Assembly (NCBI GenBank): GCA_029936195.1
Contig: JAPYUH010000005.1
Location: 15,821-49,881 of the forward strand
Length of the DNA: 34,061 nucleotides
Source: Alphaproteobacteria bacterium
GTDB taxonomy: Bacteria > Pseudomonadota > Alphaproteobacteria > GCA-2731375
Reading direction: 5' to 3'
The stretch's first letter is position 1. Every line of letters begins with the position of its first letter. A program made the translations under genes and the position numbers. The notes below the pieces were generated by a model. The model worked only from the letters and a program-made list of their open reading frames with translations. It did not search any database and was not told the DNA's origin. Below, piece by piece: positions 26,976-34,061 of this stretch.

Positions 26976-28841
26976 TCACGTCTCCCGGCCCAGGGCCGAG
27001 TGGGCCAGCGGGTCCAACAGCAACACGTCCGTCATGATGTCCTTGGTCAGCTTCGCCGCATAGGTGCCGGATCCGCCATGTTCGACCACCACCGCCGTGG
27101 CATATCGTGGCGCACCGACCGGGGCAAAAGCCGTGAACAGGGCATGATCCCGTTCCCGCCAGGGGGTTTCCTTGGCCAGCTTGCCGCCCGCCTTGCGTTC
27201 GGCCTTGGAGATGCGGCGGACCTGGGCGGTGCCGGTCTTGCCGGCCATCTTGAAGGGTAGGCCCTCGCCCAGTTTGTATTTCCGGGCGGTGCCGCGTTCG
27301 CCATTCACAACCTCCTCCATGGCATCTGTAATGACCCGCAAATGGGTGGCCGAGACCCCGATTGCTTCCGGCGACGCCGGGGTCATCGCATCGCCGGGGC
27401 GGGCGGGAACCTGATGACGGGACAGCCGCGGGGTGACCGCCAGGCCGCCGTTGGCCAGGCGGGCGGTCATCACCGCCAACTGCAACGGCGTTATCAACAG
27501 ATAAGCCTGGCCAATGCCGGTAATCAGGGTTTCCCCCAATTGCCAGGGCACGCCGGTCACCGCCAGCTTCCAGTCCTTGGACGGCACCAGGCCGTCCTGT
27601 TCGCCCAGCAATTCAACGCCCAGGGCTTCGCCCAGACCAAAGCGCCGCGCCATGTCACCGATGCGGTCCACGCCCAATCGCCGGGCCAGATCGTAGAAAT
27701 AGATATCGCAGGACTGGGCGATGGATTGTTTCATGTCGACCCAGCCGTGGCCGCCATAGCGGTGACGCCAGCAATGGAATTTGGTGTTACTCAGTTTGAT
27801 CACGCCATTGCAGAACACCTGGTGCCCGGGCCCGGCGACGCCCGCTTCCATGGCGGCGAGGGCGACAATCATCTTGAAGGTGGAGCCAGGCGGATACTGC
27901 CCGGCGATGGCCTTGTTGATCAGCGGCTTGCGCGGATGCTGCACCAGGGCGTGCCAGGCCTTCGTCGACATGCCCAGATTGAAGGCGTTGGGATCGTAGC
28001 TGGGCGCCGAGACCATGGCCAGGATCTCGCCCTGATGAATATCCATGACCACGGCGGCGGCGCTTTCATCGGCCAGGCGGCGCGAAATCTTTTCCTGCAG
28101 ATCGGCATCGATGGTCAGTACCACATCGTCGCCGGGCTGGCCGTCCTGGCGGGCCAGTTCGCGGATTTCGCGGCCATAGGCGTTCACCTCGACCCGGCTG
28201 TTGCCCGCCTTGCCGCGCAGGGTTTCGTCAAAGATCTTTTCGATGCCGTTCTTGCCAATGCGGAAACCGGGCAGTTCCAACAACGGATCGCCGGTCAAAT
28301 CAGCCTCGGAAACAGAGGAGACATAGCCGACGATATGGGCCGTTTCCAACCCCACGGGATAGTGCCGCCCCTCGCCTACGTCAGGCTGCACGCCGGGCAG
28401 GTCGGGCAACAGCACGTTGATGCGGGCAAACTGCTCCCAGGTCAGATTTTCCGCCACCTTGACCGGCACGAAGGGCCGCTTGCGCATTACTTCGCGCAGC
28501 ACCCGGCGCCTCTGGTGGGGGGTAATGGGGATGACCCGGGCCAGGCGGTCCAGGGTTTCCGCCACGCCGTTGGTTTGTTCGGCAATCAAAACAACCCTAT
28601 AATTCTGCCGGTTCGAGGCCAGCTCGCGGCCAAATCGGTCCATCACCAGGCCGCGCGGCGGGGCCAGCAGGCGCATGGATATACGGTTTTCCTCGGCCAG
28701 CATCTGGTATTGGTCGGATTCCAATACTTGCAGATAGTACATTCGGCCCATCAAAACCGCCGCCAGGGACAATTTGCCCCCCGCCAGCAGCGCCGCCCGG
28801 CGGGTAAATGTTTTGTGGCGGTTGCCCTCCCCCCGGTCCAT
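26976..28841 (-). CDS. mrdA: Penicillin-binding protein 2
   Basis: PPRG, YPPGSTFK (SxxK), QSCDIYFY (SxD), GKTGTAQV, EHGG; lies in the mre operon. Confidence 0.96.
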   Translation of the reverse strand: MDRGEGNRHKTFTRRAALLAGGKLSLAAVLMGRMYYLQVLESDQYQMLAEENRISMRLLAPPRGLVMDRFGRELASNRQNYRVVLIAEQTNGVAETLDRLARVIPITPHQRRRVLREVMRKRPFVPVKVAENLTWEQFARINVLLPDLPGVQPDVGEGRHYPVGLETAHIVGYVSSVSEADLTGDPLLELPGFRIGKNGIEKIFDETLRGKAGNSRVEVNAYGREIRELARQDGQPGDDVVLTIDADLQEKISRRLADESAAAVVMDIHQGEILAMVSAPSYDPNAFNLGMSTKAWHALVQHPRKPLINKAIAGQYPPGSTFKMIVALAAMEAGVAGPGHQVFCNGVIKLSNTKFHCWRHRYGGHGWVDMKQSIAQSCDIYFYDLARRLGVDRIGDMARRFGLGEALGVELLGEQDGLVPSKDWKLAVTGVPWQLGETLITGIGQAYLLITPLQLAVMTARLANGGLAVTPRLSRHQVPARPGDAMTPASPEAIGVSATHLRVITDAMEEVVNGERGTARKYKLGEGLPFKMAGKTGTAQVRRISKAERKAGGKLAKETPWRERDHALFTAFAPVGAPRYATAVVVEHGGSGTYAAKLTKDIMTDVLLLDPLAHSALGRET

Positions 28842-28848
28842 TGCCGCC

Positions 28849-29361
28849 TCAGGCGGGCCGGGTCAGGGGTTGCAGGCGGGCCAGGAATATCGCCACCAGG
28901 GGATAGGCGGCGGTGCCGATGGCGTGAGACACCAACAAGGGAACGGATTCTATGACCGTGACGTGGAAAACCGATGCCACGAACCAGTTCAGGATCGCCG
29001 CGCCGCCGGCAATCAGCAAATAACCCAGCCAGCCCACGGCAAAGGATTTACCGGCTAGGGCGCGGCGCTGGCCGGACGCGGCCCAATGCACCAGGATCAG
29101 CACCAGGGCGTTTAATCCCGGCGGCCCGCCGCTGAGGACATCAACCAACAGGCCCAGCAAGAAGGCGGCGCCCGCCGGCATCAGTTCGGGACGAAACAAG
29201 CTCCAGTAGTAAACCGATATCAGTGCCAGGACCGGCGCCGCCAAGGACGATTTCGGCAATCCATAGGGCAGAACGGCGGCCAGGATCAGCAGGACCGAAA
29301 CGGCGAATGGGATGCCCGAGCGGCAAAAATCAGCCACCTTGTTGGAAAGCCGGGCGTCCAT
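28849..29361 (-). CDS. mreD: Rod shape-determining protein MreD
   Basis: Hydrophobic 170 aa with YYWSLFRPE..P and GLLVDVLSG.P.G; lies between mreC and mrdA. Confidence 0.9.
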   Translation of the reverse strand: MDARLSNKVADFCRSGIPFAVSVLLILAAVLPYGLPKSSLAAPVLALISVYYWSLFRPELMPAGAAFLLGLLVDVLSGGPPGLNALVLILVHWAASGQRRALAGKSFAVGWLGYLLIAGGAAILNWFVASVFHVTVIESVPLLVSHAIGTAAYPLVAIFLARLQPLTRPA

Positions 29362-29363
29362 GG

Positions 29364-30281
29364 CTATAGCCCCGGCGTCACGGGGCGGGGCGATTGACGG
29401 CCGCTCCCCAAGGCGGCTCCTTTATGAGCCAAATCGCCGGCCGGCAGGGCGCGGTAGCGCAAGACGGTGACAAATTCCAGGCGGGCCCAGTCCACAAGGG
29501 GTTGAATGCGGGCCTCGCCATCGGCAATGGACGAAATGATGCCCACGGGCAGACCCGGCGGAAAGACGCCCGCATGGCCCGAGGTGACCACCCTGTCGCC
29601 CGGATTGACCTTGGCGTTGGCGGGCAGAAATGTCAGGCGGGGGCGGATCGAATTATCGCCGGCCAGGACGGCGCGATGCCGGGATTGTTCCACCACCACC
29701 GGCACGCGGGAGTTTAAATCGGTCAACAGCAGCAGGCGCGAGGAACGCTGCCCCACCTCCACCACCCGGCCGGCCAGGCCCAGGGCCGTGGTCACCGCCT
29801 GGCCCGCTTCCACGCCATCGCGGCGGCCGGCGTTGAGCAAGGCCGATTGCACGAACAGACCGCCCGTATCGCCGATCACCCGGGCGGAAATGAACATGGG
29901 CGCGGGATCGTGCGCCGGGTTCAGCAGGGCGCGCAGGTTGGCGTTTTCCTGTTCCAGATTGCGGGCAATGGTCTGCCATTTCGCCAGGCGCGTCACCTGC
30001 TCGCGCAAGGCCTGATTCTCGCGGTTGGTTTGCCAGAAATATTCAATTTCCGAGAGGGCATGGCGGGCTGATATGACCGGCGCGCTCAACACTTCAAGCA
30101 CCGGGGCGATCGCCTCCACCGCCAGGACGCGCAGCTGGCGGACGGCATCACCGTGCGTTTTACCCAAGACCAATAGGGCCAGGGCGGCGGCTACCAGCAG
30201 TCCGAAGCCGAAGCGCTGCGCCACCCCCCGCGCCGGAGCGGCAACCTTGGCTAACGTCGATAATCTTGGCCCTTTCGCCAC
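29364..30281 (-). CDS. mreC: Rod shape-determining protein MreC
   Basis: TM segment, coiled coil LEQENANLRALL, GLAGRVVEVG, LLTDLNSRVPV, VVTSG..GVFPPGLPVG. Confidence 0.94.
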   Translation of the reverse strand: MAKGPRLSTLAKVAAPARGVAQRFGFGLLVAAALALLVLGKTHGDAVRQLRVLAVEAIAPVLEVLSAPVISARHALSEIEYFWQTNRENQALREQVTRLAKWQTIARNLEQENANLRALLNPAHDPAPMFISARVIGDTGGLFVQSALLNAGRRDGVEAGQAVTTALGLAGRVVEVGQRSSRLLLLTDLNSRVPVVVEQSRHRAVLAGDNSIRPRLTFLPANAKVNPGDRVVTSGHAGVFPPGLPVGIISSIADGEARIQPLVDWARLEFVTVLRYRALPAGDLAHKGAALGSGRQSPRPVTPGL

Positions 30282-30304
30282 GTTTTGTCCCGCGTTTTGT
30301 CCCG
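30281..30304. repeat. Perfect 12-bp tandem duplication at the mreC translation start
   Basis: CGTTTTGTCCCG twice (30281-30292 and 30293-30304). Confidence 0.85.
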
Positions 30305-30379
30305 CTCGTTCTGCTCTCCGCCCTATCCAAACATGGTTCGGAAAGGTCTTTGCCTAGTCGCCTTGCCTAATAGTTTCGC

Positions 30380-31426
<1,047 letters not shown>

Positions 31427-31480
31427 TTAGTTTCGCCCCCGGTCCAAAAGAACCATATTATCACACTTTGTCATCACGTC

Positions 31481-31534
31481 TTAAGCTGACACCACTCTTA
31501 ACTGAATCCCATTAACCAAGCCTTACGGTTAACC
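31481..31534 (-). promoter_or_regulatory. Candidate cell-cycle regulatory motifs upstream of mreB (CtrA-like box, GANTC site)
   Basis: TTAA-CCAAGCC-TTAC at 31512-31526 (one mismatch to TTAA-N7-TTAA). Further TTAA at 31481, 31498 and 31529; GAATC at 31504-31508. Confidence 0.4.
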
Positions 31535-31550
31535 TTTTCCCTCGCCGTGG

Positions 31551-31612
31551 TCGCGCCGTGTTCGCGCTGTGTTCGCACTGTGGTCGCACCGTCGTCGCAC
31601 CGTCGTCGCACC
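31551..31612. repeat. Degenerate 11-bp tandem repeat, about 5.6 copies
   Basis: TCGCGCCGTGT / TCGCGCTGTGT / TCGCACTGTGG / TCGCACCGTCG / TCGCACCGTCG / TCGCACC. Confidence 0.85.
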
Positions 31613-31960
31613 CGCAAAACAGCCATAAACTTCCTTTGAGACAGCTTTGAGGCAACGAACGGGCGAAATCCGACAGGGATCAGACAACCGGTTCAGCAAG
31701 ACGGATACGGTAAACCGGGCAAAATTACCCGATTCCAAATAGTTATTACGACTAATTCGACCAGTACGGCAAGAAGAATATGGGCCAGACGCCGGTATGT
31801 CCGTGCGAAATTCGCAATCGAAACTCTGAACTTGGACATTTGCGTGCCGGGGGCTCTGGACTCCGGATTTTCATTCACGTTATGTAGGGTCCCAACTGGC
31901 CCTGCAAATGCCGGGCCCGGTTGACGGCGTCAGTTAGTGGCGTGAGAGGAGTAAACGCAC

Positions 31961-33259
31961 ATGCAGTTGGCAACACCGGAAGCCGTGGGCCTGTCGGGTC
32001 CGCGCCTTGAAAAGTTAACCGCGTGGATGGCCCATCAGGTGACCTCCAACCGTTTGCCGGGGCTGTCGGCCATGGTGCACCGGCGCGGTCAAAACGCCTA
32101 TTTCAACTGTACGGGGCAAATGGACCGGGAGGCCGGCAAGCCGGTCGCGGAGGACACCATCTTCCGCATTTATTCCATGACCAAGCCGATCACGGCGGTG
32201 GCGGCGATGATCTGCTACGAGGACGGCCAGTTTCAACTGGACGACCCGATCGCCAAGTTCCTGCCCGAATTCGCCGAGATGCGGGTCTGGGACGGCAACC
32301 ACAATTCTCCCAATGGTGAATTGAATACCGTGCCCGCCGAGGGCTATATCACCGTGCGCCACCTGCTAACCCATACAGCCGGGTTCAGCTATGAATTCAT
32401 GCAGGCGGGCCCGGTGGAGGCCTATTACCGGAAACACAAAATCACCTTCAACCCCAGCCGCCAGACCGAGGGCGGCGCCGACCTGGCCGCCATCACCTCC
32501 CGTCTGGCCATCGCGCCCCTGGTGCGGCAGCCGGGCAGCGGCTGGGGCTATTCCGTCTCCATCGATGTGCTGGGCCGCTTGATCGAGGTCTGGTCGGGGC
32601 AAAGCCTGGACCGTTATTTTGACGAGCGGATCTTCCAGCCCCTTGGCATGACCGACACCGCCTTCCATGTGGCGGGGGACAAGCTGGACAGATTTGCCGC
32701 CTGCTACGAACCCTCGGAAGGCGGCGGACTGGGCCGGTTGAATTCCACCGACGCCGTGATCCGCAAAAGCGACGGCATCGGCCTGAAACTCAGCGACGCA
32801 CCGGTGGGCAGCCGCTATACGCAAATGCCGGAAACCCTGTCGGGCGGCGGCGGGCTGACCGGCACCATTGGCGATTACGGCCGGTTTTGCCAGATACTGT
32901 TGCAAAAGGGCGAACTGGACGGCCAGCGCATATTGGGCCGCAAGACGGTGGAGTTCATGGCCGTCAACCACCTGCCCGGCAACCAGGACATGGCCGGCAT
33001 GGGCCAACCCATCTGGAGCGAATCCAGTGCCGAGGGCATCGGCTACGGCCTCGGCATGGCCGTGGTGATCGATGCCCCGACAACACAGCTGATCCGTTCC
33101 AACGGCGAATATTTCTGGGGCGGCGCCGCCTCCACCGCCTTCTGGATCGACCCGGCCGAGGAGATGTTCGTGGTCTTCATGACCCAATTGACGCCCTCGT
33201 CGTTCTACCCCATCCGCGCCGAGTTGCGCGTGGCGACCTATCTGGCATTGGTGGATTAG
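31961..33259 (+). CDS. Serine hydrolase, beta-lactamase-related (class C / family VIII esterase-like)
   Basis: FRIYSMTK (SxxK), HLLTHTAG, WGYSVSIDVLG, LSGGGGL, WGGAAST.FWIDP. GAGGAG RBS. Confidence 0.92.
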   Translation: MQLATPEAVGLSGPRLEKLTAWMAHQVTSNRLPGLSAMVHRRGQNAYFNCTGQMDREAGKPVAEDTIFRIYSMTKPITAVAAMICYEDGQFQLDDPIAKFLPEFAEMRVWDGNHNSPNGELNTVPAEGYITVRHLLTHTAGFSYEFMQAGPVEAYYRKHKITFNPSRQTEGGADLAAITSRLAIAPLVRQPGSGWGYSVSIDVLGRLIEVWSGQSLDRYFDERIFQPLGMTDTAFHVAGDKLDRFAACYEPSEGGGLGRLNSTDAVIRKSDGIGLKLSDAPVGSRYTQMPETLSGGGGLTGTIGDYGRFCQILLQKGELDGQRILGRKTVEFMAVNHLPGNQDMAGMGQPIWSESSAEGIGYGLGMAVVIDAPTTQLIRSNGEYFWGGAASTAFWIDPAEEMFVVFMTQLTPSSFYPIRAELRVATYLALVD

Positions 33260-33374
33260 GCGGCCGTCTCGGCCCCGGGGCGATCATCGATACGCGCGCA
33301 AGAATAGCGGGGACGTAACCGCTTTTCGTGGTCTCGGGACGGGCAAATTCGCCTATTGAAGGCCCGCCGCCACC

Positions 33375-33695
33375 TCACCGCTTGGCAATATCTCCCAACC
33401 CTTTCAGGGACACCGGTGGTCTATCTGGAAATTCCGCCACCAAGTTCAGGCGCCCGCCCAGGGCGGCGACATATCGGCTCAAGGTTGTGAGCAACAGATC
33501 GCTGCGTTTTTCAAGCTTCGAAACCGCGTTCTGTTTGATGCCGAGTATGCCCGCGACCTCCTCCTGTGTCAGCTGATGGGCCTGACGCAGGGCGCGCAAG
33601 GTCAGTTCCTCCGCCACCATGTCCGAAGTCATTTGCTCCACCGCCTTTCGCCGCTTCGCCGGCAATGCCTTCATGAGGTCATCAACGGTTCTCAT
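33375..33695 (-). CDS. XRE-family HTH antitoxin (HigA-like)
   Basis: LRALRQAHQLTQEEVA..LGIKQNAVSKLEKRSDLLLTTL..YV.ALGG.L.L.AEFP. GGAGAAGG RBS; directly downstream of the toxin. Confidence 0.88.
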   Translation of the reverse strand: MRTVDDLMKALPAKRRKAVEQMTSDMVAEELTLRALRQAHQLTQEEVAGILGIKQNAVSKLEKRSDLLLTTLSRYVAALGGRLNLVAEFPDRPPVSLKGLGDIAKR

Positions 33696-33721
33696 CGTTC
33701 CTTCTCCATTTTTTCCCACAG

Positions 33722-34061
33722 TCAGCCCGCCGATTTCAGCGCCGCCAAATGTGCATCAAAGCTTTGGTCGGCGGTTTTGATCAGTTTCCTGTAAAACGCC
33801 TTTTCGTTCTTCCCCTGCTTGTCGCCGCAAACGAGGACGATGCCCCGGCGTTTGGGGTCAAAGGCAAATGCGGCGCGCCAAACACTATTGTCGGCATCAA
33901 AGCGCAGCTCCTTCAAATTGGCGTGCCGCGAACCCTTCAGGGTATCTGCCTTCGGCCGCGAAAGCGCCGGCCCGAACACCTTCAGCACGCCCATCAGCTT
34001 GTCCTGAACGTCAGGAGACAGCGCATCGAATTCGGCGTCGAATTGTTTTCCCAAAACCACG
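33722..34061 (-). CDS. Type II toxin RelE/ParE family (HigB/Gp49-like); start probably outside the window
   Basis: FGP.L.RP.ADTLKGSRHANLKELRF...VWR.AFAFDP.R..IVLV.GDK...FY..LI..AD..F..HL. Confidence 0.88.
   Translation of the reverse strand, partial: VVLGKQFDAEFDALSPDVQDKLMGVLKVFGPALSRPKADTLKGSRHANLKELRFDADNSVWRAAFAFDPKRRGIVLVCGDKQGKNEKAFYRKLIKTADQSFDAHLAALKSAG

Noticed and set aside
27342-28955. Long antisense ORFs (537 aa here; also 20139..21584, 8039..9112, 9182..10162, 15368..16330)
   Set aside because: Shadow frames opposite well-supported genes in GC-rich DNA, with no recognisable motifs.
31551-31612. Repeat as a CRISPR array
   Set aside because: Units are 11 bp and contiguous, with no spacers and no cas genes.
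31961-33259. Beta-lactam resistance gene next to the PBP2 operon
   Set aside because: No signal peptide, and a WGG motif in place of KTG points to a cytoplasmic family VIII esterase-like hydrolase.

Overview
GC-rich bacterial window, most likely alphaproteobacterial (inferred from the mreBCD-mrdA-rodA operon, TRAP transporter and cyclase type). Positions ~1-25 kb form a dense catabolic/redox region: TPP enzyme, acyl-CoA ligase, class III CoA-transferase, three metal-dependent amidohydrolases, an amidase, an LLM oxidoreductase, a TRAP transporter, an MFS pump, a COG0523 GTPase and two peroxiredoxin-family genes. These are followed by a DecR-like regulator, the rod-shape operon, a serine hydrolase and a HigBA-type toxin-antitoxin pair. 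The ORF track hides the two strongest results. (1) Two apparently separate ORFs (ending 2333 and 2732) are one Prx-like selenoprotein with an in-frame UGA in a WUPYC (UxxC) motif and a bacterial SECIS-like hairpin starting 11 nt downstream. (2) The apparent SDR at 14137-14877 carries the halohydrin dehalogenase Ser-x12-Tyr-x3-Arg triad, resembles the G-type enzymes, has a non-canonical His in motif 1 and is translationally coupled to a methyltransferase and an atypical amidase. Also seen: a 1-nt frameshift in a cyclase-hydrolase fusion gene, and an 11-bp tandem repeat plus CtrA/CcrM-like motifs upstream of mreB. Family assignments come from motif recognition only; no database searches were run.
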